This document shows, one piece after another, positions 8,765 through 19,130 of a stretch of DNA of 64,000 nt (position 1 is the first letter of the stretch; each line of letters begins with the position of its first letter). The stretch lies in NCBI GenBank assembly GCA_965214925.1, contig OZ244028.1, positions 3,592,205 to 3,656,204 of the forward strand, read 5' to 3'. Origin of the DNA: Candidatus Latescibacterota bacterium (lineage in GTDB: Bacteria > Latescibacterota > UBA2968). Below the pieces are notes generated by a model, which was not told where the DNA came from, did no database searches, and saw only the letters and a program-made list of their open reading frames with translations. The position numbers and the translations under genes are program-made.

Positions 8765-9400
8765 TTAGTGCAAGCCCAAATGCCTGAGCGCGTCTTTTGC
8801 AGCCATCTGTTGGGCTTCTTTCTTGCTGCGACCTTGTCCCTCGCCGAGTCGGTCACCTTGAATGGTCACTTCAATAGAAAAAATTTTCCGATGGTCTGGC
8901 CCTTCTTCAGAGATGGGCAGATAGCGCGGATGGCCCTGTCCCGTGCCCTGCGTGTGTTCGAGAAGCAGGCTTTTGAAGTTGAGATAGTTGCCATCAGCCA
9001 GGATTTCTTCCACATCGGCCAGAATTGCGCGCTCGACAAATTCGCGCGCGGCATCGAGCCCGCCATCGAGGTAAATCGCGCCTAAGAGTGCCTCAAACGC
9101 ATCGCCGATGATCGAAGCGCGCTGGCGTCCACCCGATGAGACTTCTTCTTTGCTCAAATAGAGGTATTCTCCCAAGCGAATGTCGCGCCCTTTTTCCGCC
9201 AAGATCACTTTGCTGACGAGCAGAGACTTGATCTGCGTGAGTTCGCCTTCTCTTTTGTCTTTGAACCGGTGATAGAGATGTTCGGTCACGAGGAGATCGA
9301 GCACGGCATCGCCCAAAAATTCCAAGCGTTCATTGGAGGCAATGCTGCCTTCCTGAGTGACGTAAACATAGGACCTGTGTTTGAGGGCTTGTTCGAGCAA
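8765..9400 (-). CDS. rnc: Ribonuclease III
   Basis: ERLEFLGDAVL signature and C-terminal dsRBD (GEGQGRSKKEAQQMAAKDAL). The in-frame upstream extension encodes DLQRALGYTFSNTALLEQAL, so the true start is upstream of 9400, possibly non-ATG, up to about 9480. Confidence 0.85.
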   Translation of the reverse strand: MLEQALKHRSYVYVTQEGSIASNERLEFLGDAVLDLLVTEHLYHRFKDKREGELTQIKSLLVSKVILAEKGRDIRLGEYLYLSKEEVSSGGRQRASIIGDAFEALLGAIYLDGGLDAAREFVERAILADVEEILADGNYLNFKSLLLEHTQGTGQGHPRYLPISEEGPDHRKIFSIEVTIQGDRLGEGQGRSKKEAQQMAAKDALRHLGLH

Positions 9401-9541
9401 CGCGGTATTGGAAAAGGTATAACCGAGCGCGCGTTGAAGGTCTTCCTGAGAACGCGCTTTGTCGCCAATGGACCAGCGTTTGATCGTCTGTAAGACGGTT
9501 CTAAGTCCGATAAAACCGCCCCCTCTCAGTTCATTGTCTCG

Positions 9542-10792
9542 TCAGATGTCAAATTTACGCAGGATGAGGACGGCGTTGTGACCGCCAAAGCCAAAGGAGT
9601 TGCTGATGGCGATTTCAACGGGCATTTCCCGCGCGTCATTGGGCACGTAATCGAGATCGCATTCTGGGTCGGGTGTTTCGTAATTGATGGTGGGCGGCAC
9701 GACATCGCGGTGAACCGCTAGGGCCGTCGCAATCGTTTCAATCGCGCCCGAAGCACCCAACAGATGTCCGGTCATGGATTTTGTCGAACTGACCGCGAGC
9801 TTTTTGGCGCGCCCGCCAAATACAGATTTGATCGCGGCTGTTTCTCCCGGATCGCCCACGGGCGTGGATGTGCCGTGCGCGTTGATATAAGACACGTCTT
9901 CCAAATTGACCTGGGCTTGGCGCAGCGCGCGGCGCATGGCGCGCGCGCCCCCCTCGCCGCCGGGCGCCATATCGGTAATGTGATACGCGTCGCCGGTATA
10001 ACCCGCGCCCACCACTTCGGCGTAGATCGTGGCACCGCGCTGTCTGGCGCGTTCGAGTTCTTCCAAAACGAGCCCGCCCGCGCCTTCGCCAATGACAAAT
10101 CCATCGCGGTCTGCATCAAAGGGCCTGCTGGCGCGCGCGGGCGCGTCGTTGCGCGTCGAAAGGGTTCGCGCGGAAGCAAATCCACCGACGGACATCGGGG
10201 TAATCGCGGCTTCGGCCCCGCCCGTGATCATGACATCGGCTTCGTCATCCCAAATTTCGCGGGCCGCATTGCCAATGGCATGGGCTGCCGACGCGCAGGC
10301 GGTGACCGTGGTGTAGTTGGGGCCTTTGGCGCCCAGGTAAATAGATACCTGACCAGCGGACATGTCCGCGATCATCATCGGCACAAAAAGCGGGCTGATG
10401 CGCCGGGGGCCCCCATCGCGGTAAGCATCGTACTGGTCTTCAAAGGTTTTAATGCCCCCAATGCCCGATCCAAAGACAACCCCGACGCGTTCGGCTCGTT
10501 CGGCGGCGAGGTCGAGACCCGCATTTTCAACAGCCTGAACAGACGCGGCAATGGCGTATTGCGTAAAGAGATCCATGCGACGCTGGCTTCGGCGATCCAT
10601 GCCGTAGCGCGCGGGATCAAAGTCTTTGACTTCCGCGGCAAATTGCACGCGGAAATTGGTGGCGTCAAATTTTGTGATGGGGCCAACACCTGTTCGTCCG
10701 TTGCACAAGGCGTCCCAATAGCGCGCTGTGGTATTGCCATTGGGCGCGAGTGTGCCCATGCCGGTGATGACCACTCTGCGTTGTTTGTTCAC
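9542..10792 (-). CDS. fabF: 3-oxoacyl-ACP synthase II
   Basis: VVITGMG..., active-site cysteine region and C-terminal GFGGHN, typical of KAS II. Confidence 0.9.
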   Translation of the reverse strand: MNKQRRVVITGMGTLAPNGNTTARYWDALCNGRTGVGPITKFDATNFRVQFAAEVKDFDPARYGMDRRSQRRMDLFTQYAIAASVQAVENAGLDLAAERAERVGVVFGSGIGGIKTFEDQYDAYRDGGPRRISPLFVPMMIADMSAGQVSIYLGAKGPNYTTVTACASAAHAIGNAAREIWDDEADVMITGGAEAAITPMSVGGFASARTLSTRNDAPARASRPFDADRDGFVIGEGAGGLVLEELERARQRGATIYAEVVGAGYTGDAYHITDMAPGGEGGARAMRRALRQAQVNLEDVSYINAHGTSTPVGDPGETAAIKSVFGGRAKKLAVSSTKSMTGHLLGASGAIETIATALAVHRDVVPPTINYETPDPECDLDYVPNDAREMPVEIAISNSFGFGGHNAVLILRKFDI

Positions 10793-10877
10793 AGAATGAC
10801 CTCCTGAAGGCTTGAGAGGTGTTCTTGCACCCGTTGATCAAGGGGCGAGAACCCTTCCTCAGCCCTCAGTTCCCAAA

Positions 10878-11117
10878 TTAAGTCAAGCGTTCGTCTAAAT
10901 ATTTGATGGCATCGCCGATTGTTTCGAGCTTCTCGGCGTCTTCATCGGGAATTTCCATGTCAAATTCTTCTTCAAAAGCCATGACCAGTTCGACCGTGTC
11001 GAGCGAGTCCGCGCCCAGATCGTCGATAAAATGCGCGTCGGAATTGACACTGTCGGCATCGACGCCGAGTTGATCGACGATCAGGTCAGTAACTTTTTGT
11101 TGAATATCATCGGCCAT
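10878..11117 (-). CDS. acpP: Acyl carrier protein
   Basis: [19 protein letters not shown] phosphopantetheine-attachment motif. Start at MADDIQQ. Confidence 0.9.
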   Translation of the reverse strand: MADDIQQKVTDLIVDQLGVDADSVNSDAHFIDDLGADSLDTVELVMAFEEEFDMEIPDEDAEKLETIGDAIKYLDERLT

Positions 11118-11227
11118 GTGATCCTCCTTAAAAAATAAAACAGTACAGAGTAACGCGATAAAAATAGAAATACTCCACGGTTTGTGAAATGCGACTAATC
11201 GCAACATTGCTTCATCGAAAGCGATGT

Positions 11228-11974
11228 TTACATTGCCATGCCGCCATCGACGACAACGACCTGTCCGGTGATATAGGCCGCGTCGTCAGACGCGAGAAAC
11301 GCCACAGCGGCCGCGATATCTTCGGGGGTGCCGAGTTTGCCTAGTGGAATTTGCGCGATCAATTGTTCTCGCGTTTTTGCGTCGAGTTTGTCGGTCATGT
11401 CCGTTGGAATAAACCCGGGGGCAACCGCGTTGGCCGTAATATTGCGACTGCACAATTCTCTGGCGACCGATTTGGTCAGGCCAATCAGCCCGGATTTGGA
11501 CGCGGCGTAATTGATCTGCCCGGCATTGCCCATGAGGCCGACGACCGATGAAACATTGATGATGCGACCGGTTCGCGCTTTCATCATGGGGCGCGCAACG
11601 GCTTTGATGCAATGGTACGCACCTTTGAGATTGACGTCGAGGACGGCATCCCACTCCTCGTCTTTCATACGCATCAACAAATTGTCGCGCGCGATGCCCG
11701 CGTTGTTGACGAGGACATCCAGTTTACCCCATGTGGCGAGGACGGTTTTGACCAGTGTATCAACGGCTTCGGCATTGGACACATCGGTTTGTCGCGCGAT
11801 GGCCTCTCGACCTTCCGCGCGAATTTTTTCGGCCACGCCTTCTGCGGCTTCCGCGCTTTGACTAGCGCAAATGGCGACATGGGCTCCTTCGCGCGCAAGG
11901 CGCAGGGCAATGGCCTCGCCAATGCCGCGAGACCCGCCGGTTACAAGAGCTGTTTTGCCTGTGAGTCGGTTCAT
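11228..11974 (-). CDS. fabG: 3-oxoacyl-ACP reductase
   Basis: TGGSRGIG Rossmann motif and SDR YxxxK (YAASK); located in the fab cluster. Confidence 0.9.
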   Translation of the reverse strand: MNRLTGKTALVTGGSRGIGEAIALRLAREGAHVAICASQSAEAAEGVAEKIRAEGREAIARQTDVSNAEAVDTLVKTVLATWGKLDVLVNNAGIARDNLLMRMKDEEWDAVLDVNLKGAYHCIKAVARPMMKARTGRIINVSSVVGLMGNAGQINYAASKSGLIGLTKSVARELCSRNITANAVAPGFIPTDMTDKLDAKTREQLIAQIPLGKLGTPEDIAAAVAFLASDDAAYITGQVVVVDGGMAM

Positions 11975-11986
11975 AAAATATAGGGG

Positions 11987-12943
11987 TTAGGAGCGCGCCC
12001 CGGGGTTGCCCATCACCGTTTTAATTTTGAGCTTTTCAATGGCTTCCCACGTGCCGGCTTCACGGACTGCAATATTCCGATCAATCCGGCGCATGAGGCC
12101 CTTGAGCACATTGCCGGCCCCCACTTCAAGGGCATGCGTCATGCCCTCTGCGATGAGGCATTGCATCGATTCGGTCCAGCGCACCGGTGAAATGACTTGC
12201 TCGATCAACAGGGCTTTGAGCAGGTCTGGATCGCGCGTGGGTTCAGCCGTGACATTGGGAATCACGGGGATTCGCGCGTGGGCAAAGGGCACATCCGCGA
12301 GGATGTCGGTCAGCGCGGTGGTAGCCGGCTGCATCAAGGCCGAGTGAAACGCGCCGCTTACGGGCAAGAGCACCGCGCGTTTGGCACCCAGTGCGCGGGC
12401 TTTTTCCAGCGCGCGCTCAACGGCCCTTTCCTCACCCGAGAGGACCACCTGCCCCGGGCAATTGAAATTGGCTGTTGTGACATGCCCCGAAGAACTGAGG
12501 TCATCGCATAGTTGAGTCATCACGTCGTCGTTGAGGCCGAGCACGGCAACCATCGCCCCTGGCCGAGTTTTGCCCGCCACTTGCATGGCGTGCCCGCGCA
12601 CACTGACGACCCGAAAGCCATCTTCCACGCCCATCACATCTGCCGCAACAAGCGCGGCGAGTTCTCCAACACTGTGCCCCGCCACGAGGTCGGGTTTCAG
12701 ATTTCGCTTTTTGAGCACTTCAAGCGCGGCAATGCTGTGCCCGAAAATTGCCGGTTGGGTGACCGCGGTCTGTTTGAGGGACTCGGCAGGGCCGTTGAAG
12801 CAAAATGATTTGATGTCAATGTCGAGCACATCGTCGGCGAGGTCAAAAATTTTGCGCGCTTCTGGTGCGGCCCTGTACAGGTCGTGCCCCATGCCGACAA
12901 ATTGGGCGCCTTGCCCTGGAAATAGGAATGCTTTTTTGCCCAT
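11987..12943 (-). CDS. fabD: Malonyl-CoA-ACP transacylase
   Basis: FPGQGAQ and GHSVGE active-site motifs. Confidence 0.9.
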   Translation of the reverse strand: MGKKAFLFPGQGAQFVGMGHDLYRAAPEARKIFDLADDVLDIDIKSFCFNGPAESLKQTAVTQPAIFGHSIAALEVLKKRNLKPDLVAGHSVGELAALVAADVMGVEDGFRVVSVRGHAMQVAGKTRPGAMVAVLGLNDDVMTQLCDDLSSSGHVTTANFNCPGQVVLSGEERAVERALEKARALGAKRAVLLPVSGAFHSALMQPATTALTDILADVPFAHARIPVIPNVTAEPTRDPDLLKALLIEQVISPVRWTESMQCLIAEGMTHALEVGAGNVLKGLMRRIDRNIAVREAGTWEAIEKLKIKTVMGNPGARS

Positions 12944-13969
12944 CTAATAAGCCCATGTTAGCAGGGCACTGCCCCAGGTATATCCCGCACCAGCACTGGC
13001 GAGCAACACATGGTCGCCGCGATGGATTCGGCCCTGTTCCGCGGCTTCAGACAAGCCAATCGGAATGGTGGCGGCCGAGGTGTTGGCATAGCGGTCGATA
13101 TTGAGCACCACGCGGTCTTTGGGTAAATCCGTGCGTTTCACACACGCGTCGATGATGCGCTGGTTCGCCTGATGCGGCACAAACAGCGCGATGTCTTTGC
13201 CGACGAGTCCGTTGCGTTCGAGAATCTGAGCGGAAACCTCGGCCATTTTGGGCACCGCAAATTTGAAAACCTCGCGCCCATCCTGATAAACATAGTGCAT
13301 TTTCCGATCAACGGTCTCGTGAGATGCCGGATGCAGGCTGCCGCCCGCGGGTTGCCGCAGGTATGCCACGCCGCTGCCATCACAAGAGAGGATAAAGTCC
13401 TTAAGCCCCAAGCCGGGTTCGCCGGGTTCGAGCAACACCGCGCCCGCGCCATCGCCAAAGAGCACGCAGATTTCGCGATTGGCGTAGTCTGTGATGCTGC
13501 TCATTTTGTCCGCGCCAATGACGACCACGCGCTTGTGCGCGCCCGTTTCAATAAATTGCGCGCCAACCACCAGCGCGTACAAAAAACCGCTGCACGCCGC
13601 CGATAGATCAAATGCCCATGCCTTTGTGGCGCCGATTGCGTTTTGCACCAGACAGGCGGTTGCTGGAAATAACATGTCGGGCGTGATGGTCGCAACAATG
13701 ATCAAGTCGATATCCCTGGCATCGAGTCCTTTGGTGTGCAGAATGGATTCCAGAGATTTTACGGCCATAAAAGATGTGCCCAATCCCTCGCTGAGAATGC
13801 GGCGTTCTTTGATGCCCGTGCGAGACGTGATCCACTCGTCAGATGTATCGACCATTTTTTCGAGGTCGGCATTGGTCAGCCGGTGTTCCGGAACATAGTG
13901 CCCAACCCCGGTGACGGCGGCTGTAAATGGTTTTTTCATAAGCAAAAAATTAAAAGCCGTCGGTTTCAA
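12944..13969 (-). CDS. fabH: 3-oxoacyl-ACP synthase III
   Basis: KAS III pattern (GTGHYVP, ACSGF, terminal TWGSALL). The start is uncertain: 13969 or MKKPF at 13939. The gene abuts rpmF with no plsX between them. Confidence 0.9.
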   Translation of the reverse strand: MKPTAFNFLLMKKPFTAAVTGVGHYVPEHRLTNADLEKMVDTSDEWITSRTGIKERRILSEGLGTSFMAVKSLESILHTKGLDARDIDLIIVATITPDMLFPATACLVQNAIGATKAWAFDLSAACSGFLYALVVGAQFIETGAHKRVVVIGADKMSSITDYANREICVLFGDGAGAVLLEPGEPGLGLKDFILSCDGSGVAYLRQPAGGSLHPASHETVDRKMHYVYQDGREVFKFAVPKMAEVSAQILERNGLVGKDIALFVPHQANQRIIDACVKRTDLPKDRVVLNIDRYANTSAATIPIGLSEAAEQGRIHRGDHVLLASAGAGYTWGSALLTWAY

Positions 13970-14132
13970 TCACTTCGCGGCCCTTGTAATACCCGCAATT
14001 GCCGCAGACCCGATGGGGTACTTTTTGCTGCCCGCAGTTGGGGCACTCGTTAAACGTGGGGTGACGCAACTTCCAATTGGCGCGCCGTTTACCCGTGCGA
14101 GAATTTGAACTTCGTCGTTTGGGATTGGCCAT
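13950..14132 (-). CDS. rpmF: 50S ribosomal protein L32
   Basis: MANPKRRSS...CPNCGQQKVPHRVCGNCGYY zinc-ribbon L32. Confidence 0.85.
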   Translation of the reverse strand: MANPKRRSSNSRTGKRRANWKLRHPTFNECPNCGQQKVPHRVCGNCGYYKGREVIETDGF

Positions 14133-14253
14133 GAGAAATTCCTTTTAAATTAACGCTTTGATTTTTGTTTTTTGCCAGACGCAAAACAAAGCCGCGAGTT
14201 TCCCTCGCCTTTTACCTGCCTGCCGTCAGGCAGGTCTGTGTCTATCCGTGTTC

Positions 14254-14772
14254 TTATGTGGTTGCTTCTTCTTTGAGCACTCGCAGGGCATCCCATCGCG
14301 GATCACGACCTGCTTCTCGTTTGTGTTCCAGCAGTTCGTGGGGGTCTTGCTCATAGCGTTCGCAGGGGCCGGAAGGCGACGCAGCGCAGGTTGGAATCAT
14401 GGGCAGTTCGAGCAAAATATAGTCTTTCACGTCATTGCCCAGGTCAATTTCGCCGGGTTCTTCATTGAGCCAGATCAGCGTGTCGTCGTCATCATCGCTC
14501 ATCGCATCCGGGCGACCTTTTTGAAAAACGAATGTGTATGAGACATCAATGGGAAATTCGATGGATTCCAGGCAGCGCGCGCAGTCTGAGCGCACCCGAC
14601 AGGTGGTTTGCCCTTTGGCCGAGAGCGACTCGCCAAATCTGCTCAGCACGAGGCGCGTGTTTATGGCACCTGCGAATCGGACGTCTTCATCGGCCATGTG
14701 CAGGTCGGCAGGCGTCTCTTCAAATGCAAATTCGGTTTCGCCTTCCTGTATATCTCTCAGGTCAATTTTCAC
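14254..14772 (-). CDS. yceD: YceD/DUF177 family protein, the usual upstream neighbour of rpmF
   Basis: Acidic ~170-aa protein with CxxC...C pattern in the conserved yceD-rpmF arrangement. GTG start at 14772. Confidence 0.75.
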   Translation of the reverse strand: MKIDLRDIQEGETEFAFEETPADLHMADEDVRFAGAINTRLVLSRFGESLSAKGQTTCRVRSDCARCLESIEFPIDVSYTFVFQKGRPDAMSDDDDDTLIWLNEEPGEIDLGNDVKDYILLELPMIPTCAASPSGPCERYEQDPHELLEHKREAGRDPRWDALRVLKEEATT

Positions 14773-14775
14773 GGT

Positions 14776-14806
14776 AGCTTTCAGTGGTCAGTGGTCAGCA
14801 CCCGCC
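14776..14806. repeat. Dispersed element, copy A: AGCTTTCAG-TGGTCAG-TGGTCAG-CACCCGCC
   Basis: Sits immediately 5' of the yceD start codon and over the ndk stop. Related copies at 25557-25585, 29614-29639 and 31874-31904. Confidence 0.6.
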
Positions 14807-15228
14807 CGAAGCGAGACGCCAGAATCCCGCGTTCCAAAAAAGAAGGCCACTTCTTTGCCCGCGTTTTCCGGTGAATCTGAGGCGTGTACCGCGTTGTTTT
14901 GAATGTCGGTGGCAAAGTCTTTGCGAATAGTGCCTTCCGCGGCGTCTGCGGGATTGGTGCTCCCAATGGTTTGGCGCAAAAACGCGACGGCATTGTCTCG
15001 GTCGAGCACCATGGGCACACAGGGGCCAGAGGTCATAAAATCGAGTAGGTCATGGTAAAAAGGCCGTTGGCGATGCACTGCATAGAACTCGGCGGCCTGT
15101 TCTCGCGTGAGGCGCACCATTCTCAGGTCTGCCACCCGAAAATTTTTTTCTTCCAGACGGCGAATGATTTCACCAATTGCGTTTTGTGCAACTGCATCGG
15201 GTTTGATGATGAGCAAGGTGCGTTCCAT
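14788..15228 (-). CDS. ndk: Nucleoside diphosphate kinase
   Basis: LLIIKPDAV, active-site region NAVHASDS and terminal EVAFFF. Confidence 0.9.
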   Translation of the reverse strand: MERTLLIIKPDAVAQNAIGEIIRRLEEKNFRVADLRMVRLTREQAAEFYAVHRQRPFYHDLLDFMTSGPCVPMVLDRDNAVAFLRQTIGSTNPADAAEGTIRKDFATDIQNNAVHASDSPENAGKEVAFFFGTRDSGVSLRAGADH

Positions 15229-15356
15229 GCATGAACTCTGTGTGGGGAAATGCGGTTCGCGTCGGCTTGAGAATAGACAAGTTAGGATTTGATCTTTTTT
15301 TTGTCAACCCCATTTTTAGAAGCGTTCGCGCCTGTAATTTGTTCAAAAGAAAGGGG

Positions 15357-15385
15357 TTGACACGAGTCCAATTGGAGACTTTAAT
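15357..15385 (+). promoter_or_regulatory. Putative sigma70-type promoter of the ether-lipid operon
   Basis: TTGACA (15357-15362), 17-bp spacer, TTTAAT (15380-15385), about 50 bp upstream of the FAR start. Confidence 0.3.
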
Positions 15386-15435
15386 TAGGGCACTTTTGGA
15401 AAGTGATTTTTTTTCTGCATTTTGGGGTTTTTGTT

Positions 15436-17052
15436 ATGAGCGTCGTTATTCCATTTTTGAATCACAAAGTTCTTTTTGTCACGGGTGCAACGGGTTTTTT
15501 GGGCAAGGGATTGGTGGAAAAGATCCTTCGCCATGTGCCGGATATTGGACGCATCTATCTCATGGTGCGCCCCCGAAGCCGAGGGGCAGGCAAGCCCGTG
15601 AGCACCGAAGACCGCCTTCAACGAGAGGTTTTGCAATCCAATGCCTTTGCGCGATTGCGCGCGGAACTCGGAGATCGATTTGACGCTGTGATGCGCGAAA
15701 AAGTCACGGCTGTGCCGAGTGACTTGACAGAAGACCGCCTCGGCATGGACGCCGAGACTTATGCGCGGTTGACCCGCGAAGTCGATATCGTGATCAACAG
15801 CGCAGCCACTGTGGTTTTTGACGAACCTCTGGATCTGGCCCTGGCTCAGAATACCCTCGGTACCATGCGCGTGGTCGAATTTGCCAAAGCGTGTCGCAAT
15901 GCCGTGCTCGTACACGTTTCAACGGCTTATGTCAATGGGCGGCAAAAGGGCGTGATTTCTGAAGACGCGCCCGTGCCCGATCACACTGTGGCACAGCAGA
16001 TGGGAGAGGGGCGCGCGCCCGATTACCATCTGGATTCGGAGATCGAAAGCATCCTGGCATATCGCCGCGAAGTCGAGGAGGCGTCGCGAAGCCCCGATCG
16101 ATTTGCCGAATTTACGCGTTTGCTCAACCGAAAAGACCGGGGCAAGCGCGTGACCGCGCATCGGCGGGAACACCAGATGGAGGCGTTGCGCCAACGCTGG
16201 ATCAGAGAGCGGATGGTGGCGCGCGGCACGCAGCGCGGGCGCGCGTTGGGCTGGCACGACAGTTATTCTTTTACCAAAGCCATGGGCGAGCAGATGATCG
16301 CCAAGACCCGGGGCAAGTTGCCGACTGTGATCGTCCGACCGTCAATTATCGAGAGCAGTTTGTCCGATCCCGAGCCCGGATGGATCGAGGGGCTCAAGGT
16401 GGCCGACCCGCTCATTGTACACTATGGCAAGGGGCGTTTGATGGATTTCCCCGCGCGCCCAGAAGCGATTTTAGACATTATTCCCGTGGATATAATTATC
16501 AATGCGATCATCGGTGTTTTGCCTTCCATCCATGCGGGGTCCAATTTGAAGGTTTATCACGTGACAACAGGTGCAAATAATCCGGTCACCATGGGCGAGG
16601 TCGCCCACTATGTGTACGAGTATTTTGTGAAAAACCCCATGCGAGATCGCAATGGCAACCCCATTGCGGTGGCGAAGTGGTCCTATCCGACGTTGTCCCA
16701 ATTCCGTCGAAAGTTGCGTTATCAATACCAGTTGCCACTCAAAATGATGCAGTGGGCCCTGAACCGGGTGCCACTGGTCGATGTTTCAAAACAGAAACGA
16801 CATTTGTCAATATTAGACGCCACATTGGAAAATACGCTGTCATTAACCAACATTTACGCGTCTTATATTTCTTTGGATTGCGTGTTTCAAAACGACCATA
16901 TCAATCGGCTGTTTGACGGCATGGATGCAGAAGATAAAGCAATTTTCAATTGCGATGTCTCGCGCATCAATTGGCCCGCATACATCAAAGAGATCCACGT
17001 TCCCGGCTTGCAACGCCACGTGCTCAAAACAGATGTGGCGAAAGGAAGTTGA
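15436..17052 (+). CDS. Fatty acyl-CoA reductase (alcohol-forming, FAR1-like; NAD_binding_4 plus FAR_C domains)
   Basis: TGATGFLGKGLVEKIL Rossmann motif, YVNG active-site region and RPSIIESSLSDPEPGWIEG, which mirrors eukaryotic FAR RPSIV..EPFPGWID. Confidence 0.8.
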   Translation: MSVVIPFLNHKVLFVTGATGFLGKGLVEKILRHVPDIGRIYLMVRPRSRGAGKPVSTEDRLQREVLQSNAFARLRAELGDRFDAVMREKVTAVPSDLTEDRLGMDAETYARLTREVDIVINSAATVVFDEPLDLALAQNTLGTMRVVEFAKACRNAVLVHVSTAYVNGRQKGVISEDAPVPDHTVAQQMGEGRAPDYHLDSEIESILAYRREVEEASRSPDRFAEFTRLLNRKDRGKRVTAHRREHQMEALRQRWIRERMVARGTQRGRALGWHDSYSFTKAMGEQMIAKTRGKLPTVIVRPSIIESSLSDPEPGWIEGLKVADPLIVHYGKGRLMDFPARPEAILDIIPVDIIINAIIGVLPSIHAGSNLKVYHVTTGANNPVTMGEVAHYVYEYFVKNPMRDRNGNPIAVAKWSYPTLSQFRRKLRYQYQLPLKMMQWALNRVPLVDVSKQKRHLSILDATLENTLSLTNIYASYISLDCVFQNDHINRLFDGMDAEDKAIFNCDVSRINWPAYIKEIHVPGLQRHVLKTDVAKGS

Positions 17053-17057
17053 TCGCT

Positions 17058-19004
17058 ATGCCGACACGCGACAAATTAGACCCCCGTCCCTTGCACGAAA
17101 CCCTGCTCGACAATACAGAGCAGATGTTGGCGATTTACGACCAATCGGTTCAGTACCTGCTCGAAGCCGTGCGACACGATGGCTATTTTGACGGTCTCGC
17201 GCCCGACGCGCTCGTGTGGCCGAAAAACCAGAGCGGGGCGATGGATCTCGAGGCGTTGCAATTTCGCGCTCAGATCGTGGATGCGATTTTTCGCGGCCTG
17301 CCCGAGATTCGCAATGTGCGTTTGTACGAGGCATATCGCCCGTTTGCGGATCTGCTTCCGCAGTATCACGCGGGCAGCCGGATGTATTTGCAACTCCGAC
17401 GGCAATTTGTCGCGCGCGGCAGAGGTGATGCCCGAGATTTTTTGAAATTGTATCAATCCCTGTATTTGAAGGCACTGGCCGGGGGCGAGTTGCACGCGCC
17501 CGAAGCCGTGGAAGAGGCCCTGGCGCAAGTGCATATTACGCAGGTGCCAATGTCGCATGCGCGGGCTGTTGCCGAGGCCCTTGGCGATGTTGCGGTGGAT
17601 GACGATGCGCACTGGGCAGAGGGGTATGTTTGCGAAATAGATGGCGCGAGCGTGGAAGGCGCGTTGCGCGATTTGTTGCAAGACGTGGCACAGCGCACGC
17701 TCAATCTGATTGCCGCGGGCGGTTTGCTGGCAACGCGATACAACTATCTGACAAATTTTGGCTGGTTTGGCGTCTCGGTGTGGAAGGTCATTGTCGATGC
17801 CGAGGTGGCCCTGGCGCAGGTGCGCGGTGCCTGCCCGGAGTCCGTTCTGAATTTGATCGATGAGGATGTGGCGCGCATGAAGGCATTGTTGATCGAATTT
17901 TTGCACGCCCATCAGGAGGATCCCACAAAGCTGCGCTCCAAGTTGTATTGGTATGGGCAAGAGTACAGCTATTTGACGCGGGATATGATCGATCTCTCCG
18001 TTAAACTCCTCGGCGATGTCAACGCGCAGATCAATCGCCTAGGACAAAAAATTTCGCGCTTGGAAATGCCCCCCTTGCTCGCGGATACCGCGCGCGGGCG
18101 ATTTTTGGAATATCCCAATGTGGGACGCAGGGGGCAATTTTCACGCGCGCAGCGGGGAATGCGTTTTGCCAGATGGATGGCGTTGTCGCTCAGGGTGGGA
18201 TGGAAAAAAAAGAAATTGTTGCACAAAGAAGCCGATCCCATTCGCCGCCGCGAAGCCGGGTGGCGCGCATGGCTCAATTGGGGGCGTCGCACGCTGGATA
18301 TTTTCGATATTCGGGTGCGCGTTTATATCGATCCCCATTTTGAAGCCGTTGCGCGGGATTTGAGGGCCGACAGAGAAAACCGCCGCCTTCTTTTTTTGCC
18401 AACGCATCAGAGTTTGTTTGACCATCCGGTTTTGTACGAAGTCTTGCAGTCCAAAGCATTTTGGGATGCGATGGGCTGGGAAAGGCCCGAACCGTGTGTG
18501 ATTTTGGCGCGCACGGGACTGGCGCGTTCGGGCATCAAAATTGGGTCGAAACAGATCACGCAATTTGGAATGTCGTCTGAGGCTTTTGACCACATTCTGG
18601 AAAATGTCGATGGCTATGTCATGCTCGAGCGGTCCCGTACCGCAGGGCATACGACGCAACGCGTGGCGCGGGCATTGACAGAGCGACCAGGCGTTATTTA
18701 TCCCATGGCGACGACCGCGGCGTTTGCCATTCAGCAATTTCCGCTTCAGCATGGGGTATTTGCACAATTGCCCCAGGATGTGGTGATTGTGCCGATTGCC
18801 TATCGCGGCCTTCACGCGCTGTGGCCCAAATGCCCAAAGGGAAATATCAATATCAACCCGGGGCAGGTCGATGTGTGGGTCTCGCCGCCCATGCTGGGCG
18901 AGACCGCGCTGCTGCCCAAAAGGCGGTCGTTGCGGATTCAGTCCGAAGCTGCCGCGCTATTTCAAGCCGTGCATATTGCCACATTGCTGAATCCGGAAGA
19001 ATGA
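17058..19004 (+). CDS. GNPAT/PlsB-like glycerol-phosphate/DHAP O-acyltransferase (HxxxxD acyltransferase with a ~420-aa N-terminal extension)
   Basis: LFLPTHQSLFDHPVLYEVL is acyltransferase block I (HX4D), close to mammalian DHAPAT LPTHRSYIDFL. ATG at 17058 lies 5 nt after the FAR stop. Confidence 0.65.
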   Translation: MPTRDKLDPRPLHETLLDNTEQMLAIYDQSVQYLLEAVRHDGYFDGLAPDALVWPKNQSGAMDLEALQFRAQIVDAIFRGLPEIRNVRLYEAYRPFADLLPQYHAGSRMYLQLRRQFVARGRGDARDFLKLYQSLYLKALAGGELHAPEAVEEALAQVHITQVPMSHARAVAEALGDVAVDDDAHWAEGYVCEIDGASVEGALRDLLQDVAQRTLNLIAAGGLLATRYNYLTNFGWFGVSVWKVIVDAEVALAQVRGACPESVLNLIDEDVARMKALLIEFLHAHQEDPTKLRSKLYWYGQEYSYLTRDMIDLSVKLLGDVNAQINRLGQKISRLEMPPLLADTARGRFLEYPNVGRRGQFSRAQRGMRFARWMALSLRVGWKKKKLLHKEADPIRRREAGWRAWLNWGRRTLDIFDIRVRVYIDPHFEAVARDLRADRENRRLLFLPTHQSLFDHPVLYEVLQSKAFWDAMGWERPEPCVILARTGLARSGIKIGSKQITQFGMSSEAFDHILENVDGYVMLERSRTAGHTTQRVARALTERPGVIYPMATTAAFAIQQFPLQHGVFAQLPQDVVIVPIAYRGLHALWPKCPKGNININPGQVDVWVSPPMLGETALLPKRRSLRIQSEAAALFQAVHIATLLNPEE

Positions 19005-19130
19005 TCGGAATCGCGCGCTGTGCGTGATGGCTCTGTCCAATAGCTTTAGCCGATGATTTCTCGTTGTGCGATTTTGATTTATGCACACCCCTCATTTAGA
19101 CACCTCGGCGTTTTATCCGTGAGGAACGCA

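Noticed and set aside
9764-10807. 347-aa plus-strand ORF antisense to fabF
   Set aside because: It fully overlaps a high-confidence fabF gene and its translation is low-complexity and Arg/Gly/Ala-rich. This is a typical GC-rich shadow ORF. The same applies to 5491-6075, 6124-6972, 7105-7908, 17076-17960(-), 19195-20140(-), 20181-20801(-), 31929-32561, 40381-41001, 54338-55396 and 61054-61944.
14788-14810. ndk C-terminal extension running through repeat copy A
   Set aside because: Ndk family proteins normally end shortly after the ..FFF motif. The extra ~15 codons are probably the repeat element read through to the first stop, not functional sequence. The gene call itself is kept.
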